From: Alphaproteobacteria bacterium | GTDB lineage: Bacteria; Pseudomonadota; Alphaproteobacteria; CAAHEQ01; UBA3637 | Length of the DNA: 64,000 nucleotides | Direction: 5' to 3' | NCBI GenBank assembly: GCA_045605805.1 | Contig: JAZUQR010000027.1 | Span: forward strand, 99,908-163,907 | Shown here: positions 1 through 9,283 of the stretch, piece by piece | Layout: each line of letters opens with the position of its first letter | Position numbering within the stretch: the first letter of the stretch is position 1 | Notes under the pieces: model-generated | The model's database searches: none | The model's input: the letters and a program-made list of their open reading frames with translations, nothing else | Told to the model about the DNA's origin: nothing | Program-made: the position numbers and the translations under genes

Positions 1-991
1 GCCCCATCGCATCATACATTTGCGAAGCAATCCGTATGGGTTGTTCCCCAAAAGCAGACTTATAATTTTGAGCAAAAGAATTAAAACCACTGGCATCCAA
101 ATCGGCAAAATAAACCCCATTAGCATTGGCATCATTGATAGATTTGACCACCGTCAAAGCATATAAAGGAATATCTTTTGGACCGGCATCATAAAAGGGC
201 ATCAAACTTAAAATCTGACGCAGTTTAACCCCTTCTTCAAAAATAAAAATAGCATCCAATCCAGCCCTCTCTGTCATTGGTTTGGCCAATTCCAACTGTT
301 CTTCTTCGGTTAAATCGGGCTTATCGGCATCAATTTCCTCAGGCAACAAGCGTTTCACAGCATTGGTAAAATTCATTGTTTCAGCATCATATAAAGAAAC
401 CTTTTCAGGGCGCATAGCCGGACAATCTGCCAAAGCGTCATTCAAAGCCTCTTTGGCAATCGCCCCAATCCGACTGTCCGAAGCCAATACCCCCAGTCTA
501 AATTGCCCAACAGCACAGGCATAGCGCACCATCTGACGCACCTGATCAGCCACTGTCACCGCCATTGTGCCCACCTTATCATTCACTAATTGTGTATCCG
601 AAGTAAAGGTCAACAACGGCACCGAAACACCACCGTCTTGAATAGCCGCCACTTCTTGTGAAAAAATAGGCCCTAAAACAACATCCGGTTTTTGGGCCAC
701 CGCCCAATCATAGGCCTGTTCCGCCCCTTTTTGTGTACTCATTGTATCAAAAAACAAAGTTTTCATTTTAACATCTTTATGGTCAAAAACGGCCTGTAAA
801 GCAGCATTTTGTAAATGCTTGCCCGCTTCGGCATATTCACCGGTCAACGGCAACACAATGGCCACAGTTGGCACAACCTGCTGTGACACAGAATCAGAAA
901 AAACACTTTCTTGCCAAAAAATGGGCTGACGCTGAACAGAACACGCCCCAAAAGCCACAAAACTTGTCAATAATAAAACTTTTTTTAACAT
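1..991 (-). CDS. LpoA/LppC-like periplasmic-binding-fold lipoprotein (penicillin-binding protein activator-like). The 3' end is truncated by the window edge.
   Basis: The minus-strand ORF starts with ATG at 991..989 and runs off the window start. Its N-terminus, MLKKVLLLTSFVAFGAC, is signal-peptide/lipobox-like. The body resembles Peripla_BP_6 / LpoA C-domain proteins. It sits divergent to rsmI-yraN, the arrangement seen at the E. coli lpoA/rsmI-yraN locus. It is not in the ORF track because it is open-ended. Confidence 0.5.
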   Translation of the reverse strand, partial: MLKKVLLLTSFVAFGACSVQRQPIFWQESVFSDSVSQQVVPTVAIVLPLTGEYAEAGKHLQNAALQAVFDHKDVKMKTLFFDTMSTQKGAEQAYDWAVAQKPDVVLGPIFSQEVAAIQDGGVSVPLLTFTSDTQLVNDKVGTMAVTVADQVRQMVRYACAVGQFRLGVLASDSRIGAIAKEALNDALADCPAMRPEKVSLYDAETMNFTNAVKRLLPEEIDADKPDLTEEEQLELAKPMTERAGLDAIFIFEEGVKLRQILSLMPFYDAGPKDIPLYALTVVKSINDANANGVYFADLDASGFNSFAQNYKSAFGEQPIRIASQMYDAMG

Positions 992-1056
992 AAGATTTCC
1001 TTTTCTATGACTTTTATGATATACTGAAATAAAGATTATTTCAAGGAGATTTTTTT

Positions 1057-1890
1057 ATGCTTTATCTTGTTTCCACCCCCATCGGCAACCTAGGTGATAT
1101 AAGCCCCCGAGCCAAAGAAGTTTTACAACAGGCCGACTTGGTTGCCTGTGAAGATACACGCACAAGCCGACAATTGTTCAATCTGCTTGGTATAAAAGTC
1201 AAAGCAACAACAGCCTATCATGACCACAACGCAGACGAAGCACGCCCCAAACTGATTGAAAAAATGAAAAAAGGGGCATGTGTTGCCTTGGTCTCTGATG
1301 CCGGCACCCCTTTGGTTTCCGACCCCGGCTATAAATTGGTCCGAGACTGTCACAAAGAACATATCAAAGTGTCAACAGTACCAGGGGCAAATGCTGTGTT
1401 ATCGGCTTTACAGCTGTCTGGGCTATCCTCTGCCTCCTTTTATTTTGGTGGCTTTCTACCCACAAAATCTGGTGCCAGAAAAGAACATTTGGCACAAGTA
1501 AAAGACTTAAAAAGCACCTTGATTTTTTATGAATCCCCCAACCGACTTCTGAAAGCGTTGTCCGACATTTTAACAATCTATGGCAATCGGGAAATGGCGG
1601 TAGTTCGGGAAATTACCAAAAAGTTTGAAGAAACAAAAAAAGAAACGGTGGAACATTTAATCGCTGAGTACACCATAAACGGCACCCCAAAAGGAGAGCT
1701 TGTTTTGGTGATTGAAGGAGCCACACAAGAACAAACCCACCCCGTTCACAATTGGGAAAAATTGATTCAAAGTGTTCGGCCAACCTACCCTGTAAAACAG
1801 GCCGCCCAAATCTTGTCCGAACAAACCGGACATAACAAAAAAGAAATCTATCAAATGATAGTCGCCTATGAAAAAGAAAACAAACTATAA
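1057..1890 (+). CDS. rsmI: 16S rRNA (cytidine1402-2'-O)-methyltransferase RsmI
   Basis: The 277-aa protein begins MLYLVSTPIGNLGDISPRA, the tetrapyrrole-methylase-fold N-terminus typical of RsmI. An AAGGAG ribosome-binding site lies upstream. Confidence 0.9.
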   Translation: MLYLVSTPIGNLGDISPRAKEVLQQADLVACEDTRTSRQLFNLLGIKVKATTAYHDHNADEARPKLIEKMKKGACVALVSDAGTPLVSDPGYKLVRDCHKEHIKVSTVPGANAVLSALQLSGLSSASFYFGGFLPTKSGARKEHLAQVKDLKSTLIFYESPNRLLKALSDILTIYGNREMAVVREITKKFEETKKETVEHLIAEYTINGTPKGELVLVIEGATQEQTHPVHNWEKLIQSVRPTYPVKQAAQILSEQTGHNKKEIYQMIVAYEKENKL

Positions 1891-2233
1891 AACCGGCCAT
1901 TTTGCCGAAAAAGTTGCCTTAGTGTATCTGATGGTCAAAGGATATAAACATATTGCCCATAACCATATCACAGGCAAAGGCACAGGGGCAGGTGAAATTG
2001 ATTTAATCATGTATAAGAAAAAAACCTTAGTTTTTGTGGAAGTAAAAAAACGCAAGAACAAATATGTGGCAGGCGAAGCGGTCACCCTTAAAAATCAACA
2101 ACGCACCAGCAAAGCAGCCGACGTCTTTTTGAAAAACCATCCCGCTTATCAAAACGCAGCCATACGATTTGATGTTATCCTGTTTGGCAAAAGTTTATGG
2201 CCACATCACATCAAACAAGCGTGGTATTTATAA
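1868..2233 (+). CDS. yraN: YraN/UPF0102 family endonuclease
   Basis: The 121-aa ORF overlaps the rsmI 3' end, the conserved rsmI-yraN pairing. Sequence GEIDLIMYKKKTLVFVEVKKR matches the YraN core. Confidence 0.75.
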   Translation: MKKKTNYKTGHFAEKVALVYLMVKGYKHIAHNHITGKGTGAGEIDLIMYKKKTLVFVEVKKRKNKYVAGEAVTLKNQQRTSKAADVFLKNHPAYQNAAIRFDVILFGKSLWPHHIKQAWYL

Positions 2234-3484
2234 GGGCGGCGGAATCACTTCAATTTTGGCTAACTGGTTGTGGATTTTTTCATGAATCACAAAAGTCCAT
2301 CCGTTCACCACAAAAGTTTGCCCTTTGTTGGGAATGCGTTCTAAATAATACATCACATACCCTGCCAAAGTGGCCGCATGTTCATCAGAAAGATCCCAAC
2401 CAAAGTGACGATTGATATCCCGAATCGTGGTTGTTCCATCCAATAAATACCCTGCCGAAGCAGTTCTTTCATAATGGAAAGTAGAGTCGGCCACATTGTC
2501 AGTCTCATCCGAAATATCACCCACAATTTCTTCCAAAAGGTCTTCCAAAGTCAAAATACCTTGCCAACCACCATATTCATCAACAATCACAGCAAAATGT
2601 TCACGGCGTTTTTTGAAGGCAATCAATTGATCTAACAACGAAGTGGTGTTCAAAACAAACCACGGTTTAGAACAAAAGTCCATCAACTTTAATGGATGAG
2701 TTTTGCCATAAAAAAGAGGCATCATCCGCATCACAGATTTTGTATGTATCACACCAACGATATTATCCCGCCGACCTTGATACACAGGAATACGGCTGTA
2801 AGGTGTTTTTGTCACAAATTGAATCACATCTGCAATAGGGGTGTTTGAATTCAAAGAAACAACCTTGGATCTGTGCATCATAATATCACTGACCGTCACT
2901 TCATCCAAATCAAGCACACTGTTGAGCATCCCTTTTTCCTGAGGCAAAACATCTTCCTCTTGCATAGCCAAAGTTCCCCGAATTTCGGCTTTCAGCTGTT
3001 CGTCTGGCGTATGGTTCAAATCACTTTTTGGCAATAACCTCATCGCACAATGAGTCAGCCAATTCAGAGCATACACAACAGGTTTGAACAACCAAACAAT
3101 TCCCATTAAAATAGGCGAAACATGCAAAGCCATAGACAAAGCATTAGAGATCGCATAAGTTTTAGGCAAAATCTCACCAAAAATCAACACCAAAACGCTC
3201 ACAACAAAAGTGGAAATTAAAACACCATAATGTGGCCCAAACACTTCCACCATCAAACCGGTAGAAATAGCCGTAAAAGCAATGTTGACAATGTTATTCC
3301 CAAACAAAATCGTTCCCAAAAAAGTGCCGGAATCTTTTTTAAGTTCTAATAATTTATCGGCCCATTTATTGCCCCGCTTGGCCTGTTCATGCAACAAAGA
3401 TTTTGAAACAGCCGTCACAGCCGTTTCCGTTCCCGAAAAGAAAAACGAACAACATAACAAAAAAAACAAAACAACCCAAGACAT
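2228..3484 (-). CDS. CNNM/CorC-HlyC family transporter (DUF21 + CBS pair + CorC_HlyC), TlyC-like hemolysin homolog
   Basis: The N-terminal DUF21 transmembrane region is followed by CBS domains and a C-terminal transporter-associated domain. The preferred start is the MSWVV ATG at 3484, 1 nt after the aroK stop with an AAGGAAG ribosome-binding site. The ORF track instead extends to 3502. Confidence 0.8.
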   Translation of the reverse strand: MSWVVLFFLLCCSFFFSGTETAVTAVSKSLLHEQAKRGNKWADKLLELKKDSGTFLGTILFGNNIVNIAFTAISTGLMVEVFGPHYGVLISTFVVSVLVLIFGEILPKTYAISNALSMALHVSPILMGIVWLFKPVVYALNWLTHCAMRLLPKSDLNHTPDEQLKAEIRGTLAMQEEDVLPQEKGMLNSVLDLDEVTVSDIMMHRSKVVSLNSNTPIADVIQFVTKTPYSRIPVYQGRRDNIVGVIHTKSVMRMMPLFYGKTHPLKLMDFCSKPWFVLNTTSLLDQLIAFKKRREHFAVIVDEYGGWQGILTLEDLLEEIVGDISDETDNVADSTFHYERTASAGYLLDGTTTIRDINRHFGWDLSDEHAATLAGYVMYYLERIPNKGQTFVVNGWTFVIHEKIHNQLAKIEVIPPPL

Positions 3485-3485
3485 T

Positions 3486-4055
3486 TTACTTCTTCCTTTC
3501 ATAACAAGACTTGTATGGTGAAATCACCTGTGATTCTTCCAATTTTTTCAAAAGTCTAACCACCGTTTTAGAAGGATGCTCATCAAATGAGTCAATGGTT
3601 AAATCGGCTTGGGCATACAACGGATAACATTCCGTCACCAAGCGTTCAATCACTTTTTGATTATCCATAGAAGGCACCAAAGGACGATGTTTTCTGCCCT
3701 CTGTGCGACCGGAAATCACATCCGCACCGGCTTTAATCCATATAGAAACACTTTTGTCTTTTGCCAATTCACGAGTCTTGGCCGACAAAAAAGCCCCTCC
3801 ACCGGAAGATAAAACACAAGGCGGCCCATTCAACAGGCGTTCCATCACTTTTTCTTCACCTAAGCGAAACTCAGTTTCCCCATATCGGGCAAATAAATCA
3901 GAAATAGAAAAACCCGTCATCCGTTCAATTTCTTTATCAGAATCCACAAAAGGCAACTGCAACCTGCGGGCCAATAAACGCCCCAAACTGGTCTTCCCAA
4001 CACCCATCATCCCTACCAGCAACAAGATTTTGGGTTGTAATAATTTTTGACTCAT
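3486..4055 (-). CDS. aroK: shikimate kinase
   Basis: The Walker A motif LLVGMMGVGKTSLGRLLARRL, the FVDSD motif and the 189-aa length are typical of AroK. Confidence 0.85.
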   Translation of the reverse strand: MSQKLLQPKILLLVGMMGVGKTSLGRLLARRLQLPFVDSDKEIERMTGFSISDLFARYGETEFRLGEEKVMERLLNGPPCVLSSGGGAFLSAKTRELAKDKSVSIWIKAGADVISGRTEGRKHRPLVPSMDNQKVIERLVTECYPLYAQADLTIDSFDEHPSKTVVRLLKKLEESQVISPYKSCYERKK

Positions 4056-4109
4056 GCTACATTATATATCATATTTTTTACAATTTGTCCACAAATAAAG
4101 GAGAAAAAC

Positions 4110-4259
4110 ATGAAATACTATCAAAAAAGACGCCACCTTATCAGCAAAATGATTGCGGGAATCATCCTATTCTTCATCCTCTTTTTTGCCTTGTGTGATT
4201 GTACCCCGAAAGCAACCACGACACAAACCACCATCACCTTTGAAAGAAATGGGTCATGA
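4110..4259 (+). CDS. small hypothetical membrane protein (~49 aa)
   Basis: An internal start MKYYQKRRHLISKMIAGIILFFILFFALC is preceded by an AAGGAG ribosome-binding site. The protein has one hydrophobic helix. Its stop overlaps the xerD start (ATGA), indicating translational coupling. Confidence 0.3.
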   Translation: MKYYQKRRHLISKMIAGIILFFILFFALCDCTPKATTTQTTITFERNGS

Positions 4260-5161
4260 TACCCAAAGAAATTGATGTTTTTTTACAAATGCAAACAGCC
4301 GAATGTGGGGCATCACCCAACACAATTTCAGCATACAAACATGATTTGGAATCGCTTCATGCATTTTTACAAACACACCATAATTCCTTAACAAGCGCCA
4401 CAAGTCAAGATCTTAAAGAATATATTGATGATTTAAGTCAACACCACTATTCGCCCAAAACACAAGCCCGTCGCCTGTCCAGTATGCGAGAGTTTTATAA
4501 GTTTCTGTTTTCCGAAAAAACCATCAAATCCAATCCCACCGACTATCTGCACAGCCCCAAAACACAAAAACCATTACCCAAATACCTCAGCGAAGAAGAT
4601 ATTTTTACACTAATTGCCAATGGGGATAAAATCAACCACCGTCTGTCCACATTATTGGAAGTTTTATACGCATCCGGTATGCGAGTCAGTGAATTGGTCG
4701 GTCTGCCCATGTCGGCCGTTTCACAAGAAAATAAGCGTCTGTATATTACGGGGAAAGGACAAAAAGAACGCATTGTTCCCTTAAACGAAAAAGCCTGTGA
4801 AGCATTGGAAAAATGGATCTTAAAACGAGAACTTCTGTTTCCCCGAGCACAAAAAAATAAATGGCTGTTTCCAGCGGCATCAAAATCGGGCCATTTAACA
4901 CGAGGTGTTTTCTTCAAAGAATTAAAAAAATTGGCTGTATTGTGTGATATTGATCCAACAAAAGTATCACCCCATGTATTTCGTCACTCATTTGCCTCCC
5001 ATTTAATTGCCCATGATGCCGATTTAAGGTCTGTGCAAAAACTTTTGGGCCACGCTGACATCGCCACCACAGAAATTTATACGCATATTTTACCAAATAG
5101 ATTAAAAAAGGTCATTGAAAAATCTCATCCTTTGTCGTATAATAACCAAAAGGATGAATAA
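4256..5161 (+). CDS. xerD: site-specific tyrosine recombinase XerD
   Basis: The C-terminal catalytic motifs HVFRHSFASHL and LLGHADIATTEIYTHI (the R-H-R-Y tyrosine-recombinase signature) are present. The N-terminal SAM-like domain and a 301-aa length match chromosomal XerC/D rather than a phage integrase. Confidence 0.8.
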   Translation: MIPKEIDVFLQMQTAECGASPNTISAYKHDLESLHAFLQTHHNSLTSATSQDLKEYIDDLSQHHYSPKTQARRLSSMREFYKFLFSEKTIKSNPTDYLHSPKTQKPLPKYLSEEDIFTLIANGDKINHRLSTLLEVLYASGMRVSELVGLPMSAVSQENKRLYITGKGQKERIVPLNEKACEALEKWILKRELLFPRAQKNKWLFPAASKSGHLTRGVFFKELKKLAVLCDIDPTKVSPHVFRHSFASHLIAHDADLRSVQKLLGHADIATTEIYTHILPNRLKKVIEKSHPLSYNNQKDE

Positions 5162-8100
5162 ATGAAGATTATAGACAAATACATTTTTCGGCAAACATTG
5201 GTTGGCTATCTGACAATTTTAATCAGTTTAACCGTCTTGATATGGTTGACACAATCCCTGCGCATGGTGGATATGATTGTCACCAAAGGGGTTTCTGTGG
5301 GTATTTTTTTGGAAATGACCCTTTTGGTGCTGCCAAACTTTTTACAAATTTTATCCCCCTTAGCCTTGTTTGGGGTAGCCTTGTTTGTGTTTATCCGCAT
5401 GCAATCGGACAAAGAACTGATTGTCTTAAAGGCTGTTGGCATGAACGCCAAACAATTGATAAAACCCTTGTTTATGTTAGGTGGTTTTTTGGTTTTCTTT
5501 GGCTATTTGCTCACCTTATGGGTGATTCCCGCCTCATATGCCCAACTGCGCCAAATGAAATGGAAAATACAAAACAATCTGTCTCACCTTTTGTTGCAAG
5601 AAGGGCAATTCAGCTCGTTCAAAAACGGCATGACATTATACATTCGGGAGCGAGAAGATGCCGGCAAAGTCAAAGGCATTCTGGCACATGAAATCAAAAA
5701 AGATAAAAAGTCTGTGCTTATTGCCGAAGAAGGCTCAATGATTCAAACCCCCGAAGGTATCAGTTTAACATTCAATAACGGCACCCGCCAAGAGTTTAAT
5801 ACAAAAACGAAAGAGTTTTCTATCTTAAAATTTGATAAGCATACCATGCTGTTTGAACATTCGGCAAACAAATCCAGCCGAAAAATAGACCCCCGTGAAA
5901 TGCCCTTAAAACAACTTATCCAAGCCCAACCAAATCAAGTAAAAGATGGCCCAACCTATCGCAAATATAAGGTAGAAGCCTTCAAACGCCTAACACAACC
6001 GCTGTACAATTTATTGTTTTTATGGTTGGCTGCCTTTGGTGTTTTAAGTGGTCATTATAACAGACGGGGTCAATCCCGCCAAATCAATGCTGTTGTCATT
6101 GCAGCTGTTTTAATTCAATCTTTATCATTGGCCTTTGAAAACATTGCCACACGCAACCTGTGGGGCATAAGTTTAATGGGATTCAACTTACTTATGCCAT
6201 TGGTAATTTTGTATTTTGTCTTATTCAAAGAACGCAAAATCGGTTGGATACATTTAATGTTGCTGCTCTCTTTAACAGGAATTGGGACAAACGCCTATGC
6301 CGGTCCGAAATTGGACTTACAAAATCATGATGCCAAGGCCCCTATTGATTTTGAAGCAGACAATATGGACTACAACATCAAAACAAACATTTTAACCGCA
6401 TCAGGGAATGTGGTTTTAACACAAAATCAAATGAATGTGCAAACACCAAAAATTATATACAACCAAGATACAGACGAGGTAAAAATCCCGCAAAAAACAA
6501 AAATTACCTTGCCAGACGGCACAAAATCAACCGTTCAAAATATGATGCTATACCCCAAAAAATCGGAAGCAACAGCCAACACCATCACCAGCATTTTAAC
6601 AGACGATTCCCGCATCACAGCCGAACAAATGATAAGCACCCAGAAGGGCGATATTATTTTGTTGAAAAACGCCACATACACGCCTTGCGATACATGTGAA
6701 GCCAAAGCCCCCCTGTGGCAAATTGAAGCCAAAGAAGTGAAACAAGATTTCACAGACCATACCCTATCTTATAAACATATGTTTTTGGATATAAAAGATA
6801 TCCCTGTGTTATACTTTCCTTACTTTCAAATGCCGGATGCAACCATCAAACGCAAATCAGGTTTTTTGAACCCCAGTATCCGCCATACAAGCGAAATGGG
6901 CCTGTCATTAGAAACACCTTTATTTGTGGATATAGCCGAAAATCAAAATCTGCTCATCACACCGGTGATTTCTGCCAAACACTTACCATTGGGGATTGTA
7001 AATTATAACGGCTTATTCACCAAAGGTATTCTGAATGTACAATTCAGCGGCACGCAAGATAAAGATAACGAAAACGAAGGTCACCTGAAAGCCAACTTTG
7101 AATATGATATGACACAAAACCTCCGTTTAACAGGGCAATACTTCCGCACGCTCAGCGACACCTATTTCCGCCGATATGATATTGAAGGCATCAATGATTC
7201 AGATTCTTTTTTGCGTTCTTATTTAACCGCTGAATACTTTGGCACGAGATTTTATACAAAAGCAAAAACATGGCATTTTCAAAGTCTGTTAAATGAAGTG
7301 AACAGCCGTTCGTTGCCTGTCATCATTCCAACTGTGGATATGCAGTACCACACCAAACCACTGTTTAATACCAATCTGTATGCCTTTACCAACATCAATA
7401 CCGCCTTATATAACACCCGCAACCATTTCAAATCTAACCGTCTGTCTTTAACGCAAGGATTTACCCTTCCCTATACCACTTCGTTTGGGTTGGTCACCGA
7501 AACAAAAGCAAGCCTGCGTTTTGATGGCTATGTGATAGACAGTGGCAAAGACAATCTGGTTTCCAAACATCCGGAAGACACCTATAACAAAGGACGCTTT
7601 ACCCCTATATTCAGCACAAAAATCAGTTATCCCTTGTTCACTACAACAAAGCAAACAACTCAAGTTTTGGAACCCATTATTATGATGGTGATGTCCCCCA
7701 ATACAAAGAACAGCCAAAACATTCCTAATTTAGACAGTACCGTCTTTAACTTTGACGATACCAACCTGTTTTCCGAAAACCGTTTTGCCGGCTATGACCG
7801 CATAGAAACAGGCACACGCATCAACTATGGTTTGCAATGGACAGCCTATCAAAATGATGCCAAAGACAGATCTTTATCCATCTTATTTGGCCAATCCTAT
7901 CGCTTGAACGAATCGGAAGAATTAAAAGATGTGATGGGATACAGCCACCACCTGTCCGACTATGTGGGAAACATTCAATTAAACTATCAACACCTGAATC
8001 TATACTATCGTTTCCGCTTAAATCGTGAAAACCTGTCCAAACGCAAAAATGACATTGGTTTTTCTGTGGGTGGCAACCCCTTGCGAGTTGGACTAAATTA

Positions 8101-8395
8101 TCTGTATCAAGGGGCATATACATTAGACAACAAACACTATGACGAAGAAAATGAAATTCGTTTTTGGGCGCAATCACAATTTCATAAAAACTGGCAAACA
8201 AGCGGTTATTACAGATACAACTTAAAAAAAGACGGAGGCCCTATTGAATATGGTGTTCAAATACGCTATGATAATGAATGTAGTGCCATCATATTTAATT
8301 TGGAAAAATCCTATACCAAAGACAGAAACTATAAAGGAAGCACCTCGTTTATGATAAAAGTACTTTTGAAAACCTTAGGAGGAATCGGTCAGTGA
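5162..8395 (+). CDS. lptD: LPS export permease LptF/LptG family (N-terminal ~365 aa) fused in frame to LPS-assembly protein LptD/OstA (C-terminal ~710 aa).
   Basis: The first ~365 aa form a YjgP/YjgQ-type permease (MKIIDKYIFRQTLVGYL..., six transmembrane segments). From around the ATG at 6257 (MLLLSLTGIGTNAYA, signal-peptide-like) the sequence is clearly LptD, with an OstA N-domain (NMDYNIKTNILTASGNVVLTQ) and the C-terminal beta-barrel. No stop codon separates the two parts, and the junction is in frame (1095 nt = 365 codons). Confidence 0.8.
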   Translation: MKIIDKYIFRQTLVGYLTILISLTVLIWLTQSLRMVDMIVTKGVSVGIFLEMTLLVLPNFLQILSPLALFGVALFVFIRMQSDKELIVLKAVGMNAKQLIKPLFMLGGFLVFFGYLLTLWVIPASYAQLRQMKWKIQNNLSHLLLQEGQFSSFKNGMTLYIREREDAGKVKGILAHEIKKDKKSVLIAEEGSMIQTPEGISLTFNNGTRQEFNTKTKEFSILKFDKHTMLFEHSANKSSRKIDPREMPLKQLIQAQPNQVKDGPTYRKYKVEAFKRLTQPLYNLLFLWLAAFGVLSGHYNRRGQSRQINAVVIAAVLIQSLSLAFENIATRNLWGISLMGFNLLMPLVILYFVLFKERKIGWIHLMLLLSLTGIGTNAYAGPKLDLQNHDAKAPIDFEADNMDYNIKTNILTASGNVVLTQNQMNVQTPKIIYNQDTDEVKIPQKTKITLPDGTKSTVQNMMLYPKKSEATANTITSILTDDSRITAEQMISTQKGDIILLKNATYTPCDTCEAKAPLWQIEAKEVKQDFTDHTLSYKHMFLDIKDIPVLYFPYFQMPDATIKRKSGFLNPSIRHTSEMGLSLETPLFVDIAENQNLLITPVISAKHLPLGIVNYNGLFTKGILNVQFSGTQDKDNENEGHLKANFEYDMTQNLRLTGQYFRTLSDTYFRRYDIEGINDSDSFLRSYLTAEYFGTRFYTKAKTWHFQSLLNEVNSRSLPVIIPTVDMQYHTKPLFNTNLYAFTNINTALYNTRNHFKSNRLSLTQGFTLPYTTSFGLVTETKASLRFDGYVIDSGKDNLVSKHPEDTYNKGRFTPIFSTKISYPLFTTTKQTTQVLEPIIMMVMSPNTKNSQNIPNLDSTVFNFDDTNLFSENRFAGYDRIETGTRINYGLQWTAYQNDAKDRSLSILFGQSYRLNESEELKDVMGYSHHLSDYVGNIQLNYQHLNLYYRFRLNRENLSKRKNDIGFSVGGNPLRVGLNYLYQGAYTLDNKHYDEENEIRFWAQSQFHKNWQTSGYYRYNLKKDGGPIEYGVQIRYDNECSAIIFNLEKSYTKDRNYKGSTSFMIKVLLKTLGGIGQ

Positions 8396-9282
8396 AATAC
8401 CTGCTTTTAATTTTAACCTTATTATGTACCTATACCACCCAAGCGATGGAGCTGAAAGCCACCGTCAACGATGAACCGATTTCTGATTTAGACATCACAG
8501 AATGGGCAAACCTGTTAAAGTTCCAACAACCACAAAAATATGAATCCTACACCAACGAAGACCTTCAAACAGAAGCCCTCAACAATCTGATAGAAACAAT
8601 TGTCAAAAAGCAAACGGCCCAAAATGAAGGGATAAAAGTAAGCAATAAAGAAATTCAAAATGCCAAAAATCATTTGGAACAACAAAATGGCCTGCCAATC
8701 GGAGAATTGAATAATTTATTACAAACCCAAGGCATCAATGCCGCCACACTTCAAAAGCAAATAGAAGCCGATTTATTGTGGTTGCAATACCTGCGTCATA
8801 AAACCGATGATTTATCCATTTCTGATTTGGCAGTGGATAAACGCTATCAAGCCATGAAGCAGGATTTGCAAGACCAAGGCATAACCGGCAACAGCATTAC
8901 ACTGTGGGAAATTGCCCAAGGAATGTTTGATGAAAATGTGGATGTCACAACAACTTTGGAATCAAAAGATTGTGAAGCCTTTTTGGAACATATTAAAATT
9001 GGCACACATCCAGAATCTGCCCAATCCGGTTGGACAGACCCAAATCAAATTGCACCAGAACTATACAACCTGTTAAAAGATGTGGCCGTAGGCGAAACAA
9101 TCGGCCCGTTGCGGGCTCCAAATGGCGTGTTGGTTTTAATGAAATGCAATGTACAAAACCAAAAAATTATGCCGGAAAAAGAACAATTAAAAATGCAAAT
9201 GGAAATGGAACAAATGGATGTGGTTTCTCGCCGTTTAATGGCCGAAGCTGTACGCCGTTCTGTCATAGAAAAAAAGGACTAA
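8392..9282 (+). CDS. surA: SurA-like periplasmic chaperone / peptidyl-prolyl isomerase
   Basis: The protein has a signal peptide (MKYLLLILTLLCTYTTQA), a SurA N-domain, and a parvulin-like C-terminal region. It lies immediately downstream of lptD, as in the alphaproteobacterial lptD-surA locus. Confidence 0.7.
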   Translation: MKYLLLILTLLCTYTTQAMELKATVNDEPISDLDITEWANLLKFQQPQKYESYTNEDLQTEALNNLIETIVKKQTAQNEGIKVSNKEIQNAKNHLEQQNGLPIGELNNLLQTQGINAATLQKQIEADLLWLQYLRHKTDDLSISDLAVDKRYQAMKQDLQDQGITGNSITLWEIAQGMFDENVDVTTTLESKDCEAFLEHIKIGTHPESAQSGWTDPNQIAPELYNLLKDVAVGETIGPLRAPNGVLVLMKCNVQNQKIMPEKEQLKMQMEMEQMDVVSRRLMAEAVRRSVIEKKD

Positions 9283-9283
9283 C

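Noticed and set aside
1123-1900. Several 60-95-aa ORFs on both strands overlapping rsmI.
   Set aside because: They are embedded in or antisense to a well-supported conserved gene. They have no ribosome-binding sites and look like translation artefacts of an AT-rich sequence.
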